A stretch of DNA of 63,898 nt, filler included, from Fonticula-like sp. SCN 57-25 (Eukaryota): NCBI GenBank assembly GCA_001724245.1. It is 9 parts of 9 records of this genome, joined end to end, with 100 filler letters (N's around TTAATTAATTAA, not from the genome) between each part and the next. Parts side by side here need not be neighbours in the genome. Positions count along the whole stretch, not along the records: positions 50,267 to 57,046 come from MEDX01000420.1; positions 57,147 to 63,898 come from MEDX01000421.1; 7 more parts are not named here. One strand, given 5' to 3'. The translations under genes were made by a program, and so were the position numbers. The notes under the pieces are model-generated. The model saw nothing but the letters and a program-made list of their open reading frames with translations, was not told the DNA's origin and did no database searches. This document shows, piece after piece, positions 51,974 through 63,898 of the stretch. How positions within the stretch are numbered: the stretch's first letter is position 1; each line of letters starts with the position of its first letter.

Positions 51974-53353
51974 CTAGGCCGACTTGCTCAAGAAAGCGCG
52001 CATGAGCTCGATCTGCGCCTTGACCGCGCGCCTGCTTGTCCCCCCCTCTGCGTCGCGCTGCTCGATGCTGCGCTCAAAGTCCCAGATCTCGAGCACGTCG
52101 GGCTCAAACTCGCCGTGCAGCGTCCTGAGCTCGTCGACCGACAGCTCCTTCATGCTGACGCCCTTAGACTCGGCGAGGCGCACAGCGGCGCCAGCCACGT
52201 GGTGCGTCTCCCTGAACGGGACGCCGCGCCTGACGAGGTACTCTGCGAGGTCGGTCGCGAGCATGTCGTAGCTGAGCGCGTCGCGCATGCGCTGATCGTT
52301 GATGGTGAGCGTCGCGATCACACCGTTGGCGATCTGCAGCGATCCGGCGAGCGTGTCGACGGCGTCAAAGAGCGGCTCCTTGTCCTCCTGCAGGTCCTTG
52401 TTGTACGTGCTGCTGAGGCCCTTGAGCGTCATGAGGAGGCCGGCGAGCTGGCCAAAGGTGCGGCCAGACTTGCCGCGGAGGAGCTCGGCGCTGTCGGGGT
52501 TGCGCTTCTGAGGCATCAGAGAGCTACCGGTGCTGTAGGCGTCGGCGAGGCGGACAAAGCCAAATTCGGCAGAGCTGTAGATCACGAGATCTTCGGCAAA
52601 GCGGCTGATGTGGTTCATCGTGAGGGTGGCCCAAAAGAGGAACTCGACGATAAAGTCGCGATCGCTGACGGCATACATGCTGTTGGGCATCACGCGCGGC
52701 ATCCCGAGGCGCTCGGCGAGGAAGACGCGGTCGACCTTGAAGGGGTTGCCGGCGAGGGCGCCGCTGCCAAGGGGGAGCGACGCGATGCGCTCCATGAGCT
52801 GGCCGAGGCGCTCGGCATCGGCCTGGAGGAACCACGCGTGCATCATGAGAAAGTGGCTCCAGCGGATCGGCTGCGCGCGCTGCAGGTGCGTGTAGCCAGG
52901 CATCACGGCGTCCATCTCGCGCTCGGCGCGGTCGGTGAACGTGGCGATGAGCCCCTCGAGGTACTTCTTGAGCTTGGCGCACTCGTCGGCGAGCCAGAGG
53001 CGCGTGTCGGTCGCCACCTGGTCGTTGCGGCTGCGGCCCGTGTGCAGCTTGCCGGCAACGCTGCCGACAAGCTCGCCGAGGCGGCGTTCGTTGGCCGTGT
53101 GGATGTCCTCGTCATTGGCCTGCGCGGCAAAGGTGCCGGCGGCCCACTCTGCCTCGACGGCGGCGAGGCCCGAGATGAGCGTCTGGACCTCGTCGGGCGT
53201 CAAGAGGCCGCGCTTGCCAAGCGCCTCGGCGTACGCCTGGCTGCCGCGCACGTCCTGCGCGTACATGCGCTTGTCAAAGCGCAGCGACGCGTTGAACTCT
53301 TCCATGAGCGGATCGACCGCGCCCGTGAAGCGCCCGCCCCACAGCTTCGACAT
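51974..53353 (-). CDS. ASL: Argininosuccinate lyase
   Basis: [50 protein letters not shown] and [10 protein letters not shown]. Intronless. Confidence 0.97.
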   Translation of the reverse strand: MSKLWGGRFTGAVDPLMEEFNASLRFDKRMYAQDVRGSQAYAEALGKRGLLTPDEVQTLISGLAAVEAEWAAGTFAAQANDEDIHTANERRLGELVGSVAGKLHTGRSRNDQVATDTRLWLADECAKLKKYLEGLIATFTDRAEREMDAVMPGYTHLQRAQPIRWSHFLMMHAWFLQADAERLGQLMERIASLPLGSGALAGNPFKVDRVFLAERLGMPRVMPNSMYAVSDRDFIVEFLFWATLTMNHISRFAEDLVIYSSAEFGFVRLADAYSTGSSLMPQKRNPDSAELLRGKSGRTFGQLAGLLMTLKGLSSTYNKDLQEDKEPLFDAVDTLAGSLQIANGVIATLTINDQRMRDALSYDMLATDLAEYLVRRGVPFRETHHVAGAAVRLAESKGVSMKELSVDELRTLHGEFEPDVLEIWDFERSIEQRDAEGGTSRRAVKAQIELMRAFLSKSA

Positions 53354-53534
53354 GGCGGCGGGAGGAATGCTAAAATCGTCTCACGAGTGGTAAATCGAGG
53401 CCTAATATTTGAGACGAATTCCCTTTTCACATGCGAAATCGATCAACGAGGCCGTGTGCTATACACGCTATATCTGGCGGTGGGGCCGGGGGATCCCAGT
53501 TCTCTTGCGCCGTTTTCTTTCCCGCGCCAGACCA

Positions 53535-56500
53535 ATGCTGCGCGTCGTGGGAGCGCGTGCGGGCCTCGGCTCGGCGGCGGCAGCGTCGCGCGTCGGTGTG
53601 GCCGCGCCGCGTGCCGCATCGCGCGTGCCGCATGTGCGGCCGGCGGGCTATGACACGTACGTGGGGGCGCGTGCCATGTGCGCCACGTTTCTCCACATGC
53701 GCGCGTTTGCGACATCCCGCGCCAACATGGCGAGTGAGGTGAAGCGCGCGCCGCCGGTGCCGGCCAAGCGCGTGCTCGTGCTCGGATCGGGCGGCCTCTC
53801 GATCGGCCAGGCGGGCGAGTTTGACTATTCTGGCTCGCAGGCGATCAAGGCCCTCAAGGAGGAGAGCATCGAGACGATCCTCGTAAACCCCAACATTGCC
53901 ACGATCCAGACGGGCCGCGATCTCGCCGACCGCGTCTACTTTGTGCCGGTGACGCCCGAGTATGTGTCGTATGTGATTGAGCGCGAGCGCCCCGACGGCA
54001 TCCTGCTCACCTTTGGCGGCCAAACCGCGCTCAACTGCGGCGTCAAGCTGCACGAGGCCGGCGTTCTGGAGCGCAACGGCGTGCGCGTGCTGGGCACGCC
54101 CGTCAAGACGCTCGTCGTGAGCGAGGACCGCGAGCTCTTTAACGCCGCCCTCTCCGAGATCAACATTCCTTTCGCGCGCTCGACGGCCGTGTCGACCGTG
54201 CCCGCCGCGCTCGCCGCCGCGCAAGAGATCGGCTACCCCGTGATTGTGCGCTCGGCCTTTGCGCTTGGCGGCCTTGGCTCGGGCTTTGCGAACGACGCCG
54301 ACGAGCTTCAGCAGCTTGCCACGCGGTCGCTCTCGCTTTCGCCGCAGATCCTGGTCGAGCGCTCGATGAAGGGCTGGAAGGAGGTCGAGTACGAGGTCGT
54401 GCGCGACGCCGACGACAACTGCATTACGGTTTGCAACATGGAAAACTTTGACCCGCTCGGCATCCACACGGGCGACTCGATCGTCGTTGCGCCGTCGCAG
54501 ACGCTCACCGACGCCGAGTACCACATGCTCCGCTCGGCCGCCATCAAGATCGTGCGCCACGTCGGCGTTGTCGGTGAGTGCAATGTGCAGTACGCGCTCA
54601 ACCCCAACAGCATGGAGTACGTCGTGATCGAGATGAACGCGCGTCTTTCTCGCAGCAGCGCGCTCGCCTCCAAGGCGACCGGCTACCCCCTCGCCTTTGT
54701 TGCTGCCAAGCTCGCGCTCGGCTTTTCGCTGCCCGAGCTTCCCAACGCCGTCACCAAGGAGACCAAGGCCTTTTTCGAGCCGAGCCTCGACTATATCGTG
54801 TGCAAGATCCCGCGCTGGGACCTGAAAAAGTTCCAGCACGTCGGCCGCGACATTGGCTCGGCGATGAAGAGCGTCGGCGAGGTGATGGCCATCGGCCGCA
54901 CCTTTGAGGAGGCGCTCCAAAAGGCCGTCCGCATGGTCGACCCGTCGCTCACCGGCTTCCAGTCCAAGCCGTTTGACGACCTTGACACTGCGCTTTCGCG
55001 CCCCACCGACGAGCGCCTGTTTGCCGTCGGCGAGGCGATGCTCGACAAGGGCTACTCGGTCGACCGCGTCTGGGAGCTCACCAAGATTGACAAGTGGTTC
55101 CTGCACAAGCTCAAGAACATTGCCGACACGCGCGCCGAGCTCAAGGCGTACACGAGCATTTCGGCCGTCCCCGCCGATCTTCTGCGCCGCGCCAAGAAGC
55201 AGGGCTTTTCTGACAAGCAGGTCGCCATGCTCGTCGGCGGCACGGAAGATGACGCGCGCGCCGCCCGCAAGGCGCACGGCATCACGCCGTTTGTCAAGCA
55301 GATTGACACGCTCGCGGCAGAGTTCCCCGCCGCCACAAACTATCTGTACACGACCTACAACGCGTCGACTGACGACGTCGAGTTTGACCAGGCGGGCGTC
55401 ATGGTGCTCGGCAGCGGCGTGTACCGCATCGGCTCCAGCGTCGAGTTTGACTGGTGCGCCGTCACGGCGAGCCGGACGCTCCGCTCGATTGGAAAGAAGA
55501 CCATCATGCTAAACTACAACCCCGAGACTGTTTCGACCGACTTTGACGAGTGCGACAGGCTCTACTTTGACGAGCTGTCCATGGAGCGCGTCATGGATAT
55601 CTATGAAAAGGAGGGCGCCGAGGGCGTTGTCGTGTCGGTCGGTGGCCAGATTCCGCAAAACATTTGCCTGCCGCTGTCAAAGAGGGGAGTCAACGTGCTG
55701 GGCACGAGCCCCGTGTCTGTTGACATGGCCGAGGACAGATTCAAGTTTTCTCAAATTCTTGACCGGATTGGCGTTGATCAGCCCGCGTGGAAGGAGCTCA
55801 CTGACCCCGCCTCGGCCGCCGCCTTTGCCGCCGACGTCGGCTACCCCGTCCTCGTCCGCCCCTCCTACGTCCTCTCTGGCGCCGCCATGAATGTCGCCTT
55901 TTCCCCCTCTGAGCTCGCCGACTACCTCACGCGCGCCGCCGACGTCTCGCCCGAGCACCCCGTCGTGATCACAAAGTTCATCGAAGGCGCCAAGGAAGTC
56001 GACATTGACGCCGTCGCGAGCAACGGCTCTCTTGTGACGTACGCCGTCTCCGAGCACGTCGAGCAGGCCGGCGTCCACTCTGGCGACGCCACGCTCGTCC
56101 TTCCCTCCCGCGAGATGCCGCCGGCCGTGCTTGCGCGCCTCAAGGACATTACCTCGCGCGTCGCCTCTGCCTTTGAGATTTCCGGCCCGTTCAACATGCA
56201 GGTGATCTGGGACGGCGACGCACTCAAGGTCATCGAGTGCAACCTGCGCGCGTCGCGCAGCTTCCCGTTCGTGTCAAAGGTGCTCGGCACCAACTTTATC
56301 GACCTCGCCACGCGCGCCATTGTCGGCGCGCCGGTCGAGCCGGTCGACGTCATGGAGGAGGAGCGCGACTACCAGGCCATCAAGGTGTCGCAGTTTTCGT
56401 TCACGCGGCTGAGCGGCGCCGACCCGCTGCTGGGCGTCGAGATGGCGAGCACGGGCGAGGTCGCGTGCTTTGGCAAGGACAAGCACGAGGCGTTCCTGCT

Positions 56501-57046
56501 GAGCTTGCTGTCGGTGGCCAACTTTAGGCTGCCGGAGAAGAGCGTCGCGGTGGCGGTGGACGAGAGGACGGATATGGCGCTCGCGAGGGATGTCGTGGAG
56601 AGGCTGAGGGCGTGCGGGCATGAGATTGTGGCCGAGAAGACGTCGGCGGAGAGGCTCGGGAAAGAGGGAGTGAGCGTGAGGGCGGTGGATATTTCGAGTG
56701 ACCGTAGAAAGTCTCGTCAGACATTCATGTACGCAGAAAAAAAAATGGAAAATGGGAAAGTTAAAATTTTGGTCATTTTGGTGCAATTTTGGTCGTTTTA
56801 GGTCGTTTTTGTGTAATTTTGGTGTAAAATTGGTCTTTTTGGTGTGATTTTGGTCATTTTTTGCAACTTTTTTTGTGACACTCTATCATGATTTTTTTCA
56901 CTTTCCATTCTTTCCCTCGCCTTTACTGACAATTCTCCTAGTGATAGTGAGGTTGACATGATCATTTCTCTGTGCGGCAAGCGGCCGTCGGGCGTGGATG
57001 ACCCCAACTATGTGATGCGCCGCTCGGCCGTCGACTTTGGCATCCC
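53535..57046 (+). CDS. CPA2: Carbamoyl-phosphate synthase large chain, arginine-specific type, with mitochondrial presequence, 3'-truncated
   Basis: [60 protein letters not shown] and [10 protein letters not shown]. There is no glutaminase domain upstream, only an Arg/Ala-rich leader. Intron from about 56729 to 56948. Confidence 0.93.
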
Positions 57047-57146
57047 NNNNNNNNNNNNNNNNNNNNNNNNNNNNNNNNNNNNNNNNNNNNTTAATTAATT
57101 AANNNNNNNNNNNNNNNNNNNNNNNNNNNNNNNNNNNNNNNNNNNN

Positions 57147-58757
57147 CCGCGTACCTTGACGTTTTGCATGTCACGGATCGCCACGTGGGCAGTCACCGAA
57201 TCGACAGGCGCGTTGTCATCAAGAATCGACTGAAGTCTCGCATACGAAACACTCTCCATATCCATCTTGTTTTCCCGCGCAAACTGCTCTGCGGCTTCAA
57301 ACTCTTTACGACGAACAAGATGAATGAAGCGCTGCACGGGCGACGTCTCTGAAACGCTGCGAACAAACAGCTCTGGCGCGGCGGCGGCGTCCTCGGCGTC
57401 CTTTACAAGCTCAAGGAAACGAATAGGGTTCATCTCGGAAGGCTAAAAATGACGTAAAAGTTAGAAAAAGTCTCACTTTAAAATAGATGTGCCCGTACGA
57501 GCATCTTGCCTGGGACGAGTTCGACGGCGCCCTCGAGCGGAACGGCGTACTCGAGGCGCATGCGCGGCATGCTGTAGACCTCGATTTGCTGCGCGGCGTC
57601 GGCGGCGGCGGTCACGACGACCATGGAAAAGTCGACGGACGACGAGGCATTGGCAGAGGCGCAGGCAAAGTCGCGGACGTGGCCAAGATTGGTCCAGCGG
57701 CGGACAAGCAGCAGACTGCAAAAGTGCAAAAAAAGTGTCAGAAATGTCAGAAAATAGTCAGAAAAATGGCAGAAAAAGCTGTTTTAATAAAGAAAATAAA
57801 ACTTTTCGTACGTTTCAGTGTCCCAGAGCGACATTGTGCCGTCGTCGTGGAGGCTGATGAGCATGCCCGACGTGAGCTCGACCTTGACGACCGGCGCGAG
57901 CTCGCCCATTGCGCGCAGCGAAATACGCGCGCGGCACGACGTGGCGGAGCCGCGGACGGCCCACACGCTCATCAGGCCGAGGTCCTTGGAGACGGTCACG
58001 ACGGTGGCGGCGCCAAAGAGGACGCCGCTCGTGGCGCACGCGACCGACGTGCCGCCAAGCTGAACAGTCTCGATCTTGATCGACTTTTTGACTTGAGCAG
58101 CGAGGGCAGCGTTGCGAGTCGCCACGGCTTGGCGAAGCGTCGCATAGTCGACGCCGTGAACGCGAAGGAGCGTGCCGGTGGCGAGGACGACCATGAGGCT
58201 CTGCTCGGCATCGTGCCTGGAACTATCGTCAACAAAGACCAAAAACAATGAACCAGTGCGCACAGGAGGGAAAGGTGCACGATTGGGCGCGAAAGAAGCG
58301 AGCCGGGGGCCGCGCGGTAAACCTGCTGCGAAAAGACGACCGAGCGCGACGCAATGTCGAAAAAGTGGACGCTGCCGAGCGAATCGCCAACGACAACGAT
58401 CGATCCGTCGGGGCTGCTGGCGGCCGTCGTGACGCGGCAGTCTGAGTGGCGGTCAGTGCGAGGCGGCCAACAAAACAAAATACGCACCAAAGTTGATAGT
58501 GGCCAGGTGGCGCGTGCATGATGCGTCCAGCAGGTGGAGCTGGTTGTCGACAATGATGCAGAGGCCCGTTGAGGAGCTCACGGCGGCAAACTTTGCCTGC
58601 TCGGCCGAATCGCCATCCGTCTCGGTCATGAGCCTAACAAGAGTCTCTAGGCGATACACAGAGGAAGCGGACGCGGATGCGCCCCCTTTGCTGCGCGCAG
58701 GGTCCATCCGCACCGTCTCATTCTGAGCGCCCAGATCAACAGACCAGCTGCGGGCCA
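57147..58757 (-). CDS. KNTC1: Kinetochore protein Rod/KNTC1, N-terminal beta-propeller region, 3'-truncated
   Basis: VYRLETL, IVVVGDSLGSVHF and VSETSPVQRFIHLVRRKEFEAAEQFARENKMDMESV resemble the Rod PxxRxxxLxxxxxFxxAExFA motif. Confidence 0.7.
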
Positions 58758-59152
58758 TGGCGGGCAAACGGAAAACTGCAGCGTCAAACGGATTTCGTCT
58801 CTAAAGAATTTGGAATTGATAGATGGGTCTCAATTAATTATAAGAAATCAAACTGCTAGGATGAGACGATTTTCAAAATATTTCGATTTGGCGCCAATCA
58901 TTCCTGTCACCTCTTGTCACCTCTTGACAGGCGTTTAAGATTCTCTGCGTCCATGCTTCGCCCGCAAAAATGTTTTTAAAAGGGCAACGCAGTCCCTTAA
59001 CAAGGGCCATGCTCTATTTGACATGGAACTGAAGACTTCCGGATCATTGGTCGCAGGTAATGCTGCATCTGCATCATCCTTTACAAAAATGCACCATTCT
59101 AAAGAGTTATATTCAAATATACAGCAAATGTACAACCAGCCTCTCAAAACAC

Positions 59153-60495
59153 TCAATTCTTGCCCGTTGAATTGAGCACAATGTCAAGCAGCTCCTCATT
59201 GAGCGCGCGCAACCGCTTGGCCGACGCGACCGACACGGCCTGATCGGGCACCGGCGCCACCGTCTCTGCGTCTTCACCAACAAACACCTCTGCCGCCGCG
59301 CCCGCCGCCTGCGCCGCCCCGCGCGACCCCAGAACCGCGAGCGGGTCCTCTGTCTTTGCGCGAAGCTTCACCTGCAGCACCGCCGGCGCATCAACAGCGG
59401 CGCGCTTGAGCGTCGCAATGGCGCGAGCCGGCCCGCTGTGCGACCCACCGCTCCCCGCCATGCCGGCCACGAGGTCCCACGGCCGCGGGCACACTGCAAG
59501 CACCGACACGGGCCCCTTGATGGCGGGCAGCGAGCGCACAAGCTGCCGCGAGTGTGCCTCCCAGATGTGCACGTTGCCGTCCTGCAGCCCGGCGGCGACG
59601 AGCGTTCCCGACGCCGTGATGCCCATCGAGAGGATCGGCGCCTTTGTGGGCGTCGGCGCGAGCGCGACGGGAGCGCCGTCAGAGGCGCCCGCCGTGGCGG
59701 CGGAAAGGTGCGGCTCAATAAGGTAGACGTGGCCGTCCGTTGCGCCCGCAAAGTAGCGCACGCCGCACGGGTCGGCGGCGGCGCAGCGAAGCGCGGCGGG
59801 GAGGGTTGTCGTTGTGAGGCACGTGCCGGCGCCAATGTCCCACAGGCGAGCTGTGCAGTCCATGGACACGGTGAGCGCGCGCGCATTGGCCGACGTGCCG
59901 GGTGAGCAAACAACGTCCGTGATGGGGAGCGTGTGGTCGGCAAAGGAAATGGTCATGCTCTGGCCGGCTGACCGCGCAGACGATTCTTCAAAAAGACTGT
60001 AAACAAAAGAGCGTTAAAACAAAACAAAGAAGCCATAAAGGCGTACCGAGGAATAGACCACACGCGGAACATGCCGTCCTCTCCGGCCGTGAGCAGCGAC
60101 TGCGAATCGCCGAGGAAGCGGATCACAGTGACGCGGGCATAGTGCGCATCAAAGACTTTTAATAAAGCGCCTTCGCTCGTCTCCCACAAATAAAGCTTTC
60201 CATTGAGGCCGCCCGCCGCAATAAAGGCGCCGTCCGTAGACATGGCGAGGCACGCGAGGCGCTCGGGGCACACCATGCGCTCGATCGGCTGATCCTTGCT
60301 CCACCGCCACACGTGCACCGCTGCACGCGCTCCGAGCGCAGCGGCAACGAGACCGCAGCGCGCCGACGCGACAAGGCCGTGCGATACGCAGCCGGCAGAC
60401 GCATACGAGGCTAGAAGCGTGCCCGACGCGATCTGATGCAGCTGAAGGCCGCCATCCTCGGCCGACGTCCCCGTCAGCACCACCTCGTGGTTCAT
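59153..60495 (-). CDS. WDR18: WD40 pre-rRNA processing protein IPI3/WDR18, 2 exons
   Basis: KDQPIERMVCPERL, GKLYLWETSEGALL, AHYARVTVIRF, DHTLPITDV and a short C-terminal coiled coil (LRALNEEL). Confidence 0.88.
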
Positions 60496-60591
60496 CGCAG
60501 CCAATATACACCAGACTCTGCCCCGGATTCTGTGATCTTACACGTAATCGAAGCATTCTCCGCATTCTCAGGGGCCGAGGCAAACACAGCG

Positions 60592-62207
60592 ATGCCAACG
60601 GTATCGGGAGTGATCGGGTACGCCTTGCTGGCCCTGGTCACGTACTTTGCCTACGTCCTCTACGGCATTTACCAGGAAAACTTTGTGGTGCGTACAATTA
60701 ATACAGTTTATTTCCTCTGACGCATTTCCCACAGCGCGTCAAGTCGATCCACCGCCTTCCGAGCAAGCCGTTCCATCCTCTGTACGGCAATGCGAACCAG
60801 CTCCCCAAGGATCGTACGCAGACCATTGGTCGCTGGGTGAGCCTGCTTCACGAGTACACGTCGATGGGCTACAAATGCTCTCAGTTTTACATTGGCCCGT
60901 TCGCCTCGGTCGATGTCTGGGATCCCTCTGTTGCGCAGGCAATCCTCTCGACCTCCAAGCACACGACCAAGGCGCCCCTCTTTTACGACCTTCTCCGCGC
61001 GTGGCTCGGCGACGGCCTTCTCATTGCCCAGGGCGAAAAGTGGCGCTGGCGTCGCCATCTGATGACGCCCGCCTTCCACTTTGAGATCCTCTCTCAGTTT
61101 GCCGACATCATGCACGAGCAGGCCGACGCCCTCGTCGACGTGCTGCGCGCCAAGAGCGCCGACGGCCAGCCCATTGACTTTTTCCACTACATTACCAAAT
61201 CCGCCCTCGACATTATCGGCGAAACCGCGATGGGCTGCAAGATTGGCGCGCTCGCTGACGGCGACGGCGCCAACAAAGAGTACGTCCGCGCCGTGTACGA
61301 CGTCACCGTCGGCCTCCTCAACCGCCTCATGGAGCCGTACCTGCTCGTCGACTGGATCTTTTACCTCATGCCGCAGGGCCGCGCTTTCGTCCGCGACCTC
61401 AAAATCCTGCACGACTTTTCCGGCCGCGTCATCGCCGAGCGCCGCGCGCTCCGTGCCGCATCGCCTTCGCGCGCCGACGGCACCGCTCAGGAGCCGCCGC
61501 GCAGTGGCCGCGCGCCGCGCCAGGCGCTGCTTGACCTGCTGCTTGACGCGACCGACCCCGCCACCGGAAAGCCAATGACCGACCAGGAAATCAAGGAAGA
61601 GGTCGACACGTTCATGTTTGAGGGCCACGACACGACCGCCGCCGCCATCGCGTGGGCGGTGCACCTTCTTGGCAAGCACGCGGCGGTGCAGGAGCGCCTC
61701 CGCAACGAAGTCGACGACCTGTACGCGTCCCTTGCGCCCGGCGAGCGCCCCACCATGGAGATGCTCAAGAGCCGCGTGCCGTACCTCGACTGCTTCCTCG
61801 CCGAGTGCCTGCGCGTGTACCCGTCGGTGCCCGTCATTTCGCGGCAGCTCACAGAAGACCTCGACGTTGACGGCATCACAATTCCAAAGGGCGTGTCAAC
61901 GACAATCAATATTTACGCGCTGAATAGGCACCCTGCGTACTGGAAGGACCCCGACACGTTCAACCCGGAAAGGTTCCTGCCAGAGGCCGACAAGGATAGG
62001 CACAGGTTTATTTACTTGCCGTTCTCGGCGGGGCCGCGCAACTGTATTGGGCAAAAGTTTGCGCACCTTGAGGAGCAGATTATTATCATGCAGATTGTGA
62101 GGAACTTTGAGATTGAGTCGATGCAAAAGGACCCGCCGACGATTGCGGATGTGATCTTGAGGCCGAAGGAAGGGGTTATCGTAAAGCTCACGCCTCGCGT
62201 GCTGTAA
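60592..62207 (+). CDS. Cytochrome P450, CYP4 clan (CYP4V-like), 2 exons
   Basis: N-terminal TM anchor. WLGDGLL...KWRWRRHLMTPAFHF, EEVDTFMFEGHDTT, ExLR, FNPERF and PFSAGPRNCIG motifs. Confidence 0.94.
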
Positions 62208-62803
62208 AAGTGAAAGTTACCAGTATATATATGTGAATTATCTTTTCCATATTCTTTGTAAGTATAATGGAATATATACCATATACAGTGCTTGGCATTC
62301 ATGCTATCTCGCCGCATTTTGGTCGGGTTTTTGGTAGTTTTTTGCTGTTTACAATGATTTCTACCTTGCCAAAACGTTCCTTTATACCAAACTTTCCTTG
62401 TGCCACATGCAGGGAACAGTGCAGTCGGCATAGACAGTCAAGAAGCTCGTTTGAAATTTTTTGTTATACATGGAACCAATTGTTCACCTAGGGAACATTA
62501 GAGAAAGAGATGATTGTTACATTCGATGACAAAATTCCTCCCATATTGCGCCATGTTTTTATAACTTTTACATTCTTCTATGCCAGCAAACGTATTTCAA
62601 CTCTATCACATTTTCCACCGTTTATAGTGTATGTGTGCATGCGTTTATTCTTCTTTGTTTCCTCTATGGCGTATGTCTCCAATGCCATAAAAATACACAA
62701 AAATTTTGATTTGCCACCCAATCACGTAACCCAAACACGGAATTGTACAGTCATCGATTGCTAGCCCTGCACACTGCCTGCACAGCTCGGCACGGCGGAC
62801 AAG

Positions 62804-63898
62804 ATGCTGCTTCGCTCGGCTTATAGGTCGGCGCTTCCTCGCGTTGCTCTTCGCTCGCTCTCCTCGGCCTCACCCAGCTCGACGTTTGACTCTTTTGTGT
62901 CTCCCTCGTCGTCTTCCCCATCCTGGTCGTCATTGAGCGATGGCGTGATCCGTCGCATTGTGGGCTCATCCCTCGTCATCTCTGGGGATCTCAGCGGCGG
63001 CGTCCTCGACCGCTGCATGCGCCTGTACCGCTCTCTCCCGCCGACCGACCGCGGCCGCTTCATGTCCATTCTTGCCAAAGAGTTTGGCGTCAAGCGCGAC
63101 GAGGTCATCTCTAGCGCGTCATCGCTTGTTCGCAAGGCGTCAGAGTCGCCCGCCTCCGAATCCGATGCTGCCTTTGTGCGATCGCTCGGTGATCTTGAGC
63201 GTGCCGTGACGCCTCTCTACAACTCTCTTTTTGTGAGCCTTGCTGGCCAGCCCGGCGGCATGCGCTTCCTCTTTGATGTCCGCTCGGATCTCTTGTCGAT
63301 CCTGCACGCCAAGCCCCCGAACGCCGATCTCGCCGCGCTGCGCTCCCTCGACGCGTCCCTTCAGTCGCACCTTCAGACGTGGTTTGGCGCCGGCACGCTT
63401 CAGCTCGCGCGCGTCACCTGGGAGTCGTCTCCCGCCGCCCTGCTCGAGAAGCTGATCCACTACGAGGCCGTCCACCCGATGCACGGCGGCTTCCCCGACA
63501 TCAAGCAGCGCCTCATCGGGCCGAACCGCCGCTGCTACGCCTTTTTCCACTCTACAGTGCCCGACGAGCCGCTCGTCTTCATTCAGGTTGCTCTGACGAA
63601 CGCGATCAGCGACAGCGTGCAGACGATCCTCAGCGAAGCGCCGCCAAAGCAGGACAAGGACGTCTTCATCGAGGACGAGCAGCTCGAGCGCGCCTCAAAG
63701 GCCGCCCCGCCGACAACAGCAATCTTTTATTCGATTACGTCAACTCAGGACGCGCTCAGCGGTGTTAGCCTCGGCGCTTTTCTGATTAAGCGCGTCGTCA
63801 AGGAGATCCTCCGCGACATCCCGAGCGTCAAGACATTTTCGACGCTGTCGCCCATCCCGGGCTTTGCCACGTGGCTCAAGCAGCGGTTAGGTATGCTA
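62804..63898 (+). CDS. MLYCD: Malonyl-CoA decarboxylase with mitochondrial presequence, 3'-truncated (absent from the ORF track)
   Basis: Own translation: TWESSPAALLEKLIHYEAVHPM, RRCYAFFH...EPLVFIQVALT, AIFYSITSTQ...GVSLGAFLIKRVV and FSTLSPIPGF. Confidence 0.92.
   Translation, partial: MLLRSAYRSALPRVALRSLSSASPSSTFDSFVSPSSSSPSWSSLSDGVIRRIVGSSLVISGDLSGGVLDRCMRLYRSLPPTDRGRFMSILAKEFGVKRDEVISSASSLVRKASESPASESDAAFVRSLGDLERAVTPLYNSLFVSLAGQPGGMRFLFDVRSDLLSILHAKPPNADLAALRSLDASLQSHLQTWFGAGTLQLARVTWESSPAALLEKLIHYEAVHPMHGGFPDIKQRLIGPNRRCYAFFHSTVPDEPLVFIQVALTNAISDSVQTILSEAPPKQDKDVFIEDEQLERASKAAPPTTAIFYSITSTQDALSGVSLGAFLIKRVVKEILRDIPSVKTFSTLSPIPGFATWLKQRLGML

Noticed and set aside
1-63898. tRNA, rRNA, transposase or reverse-transcriptase genes
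   Set aside because: None recognised by eye. A covariance-model scan would be needed to exclude small RNAs.

Overview
This is not a prokaryotic locus. It is nine unrelated eukaryotic contigs of about 6.8 kb, joined by an artificial 100-bp spacer (N44-TTAATTAATTAA-N44), so synteny only means something within a contig. The DNA comes from a gene-dense, GC-rich protist genome. Introns are mostly short (45-60 nt) with GTACGC/GTGCGC donors and CTAAC/CTGAC branch points, and many gene pairs sit head-to-head under 200 bp apart. Gene content points to a unicellular opisthokont, by inference probably an early Holomycota (nucleariid-like) lineage. Opisthokont or fungal-type markers are a forkhead TF, a Bni4/Phactr-type PP1 module, trifunctional C1-THF synthase, a stand-alone arginine CPS large chain and a fungal-like uL22. 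The genome also keeps RNPC3, KNTC1/Rod, NCAPD3, a HERC-type ligase, WDR41, SCAMP and UBAP1. Main highlights: (1) a complete, intron-containing, apparently mitochondrion-targeted MinC, a bacterial division inhibitor I do not know from opisthokonts; (2) an intronless stand-alone caspase-fold protease and an AT-rich intronless HET-domain gene, both candidate cell-death/immunity effectors; (3) a NAK kinase fused to an ANTH domain; (4) a possible AT-AC or GT-AT intron in a genome encoding U11/U12-65K; (5) a palindrome-rich element with 30-bp inverted repeats; (6) a head-to-head ASL/CPS arginine pair; (7) a structured 5'UTR intron in RPL17; (8) an abruptly broken 14-3-3. All identifications are by eye from remembered motifs, with no database searches run, and exon boundaries are manual predictions.
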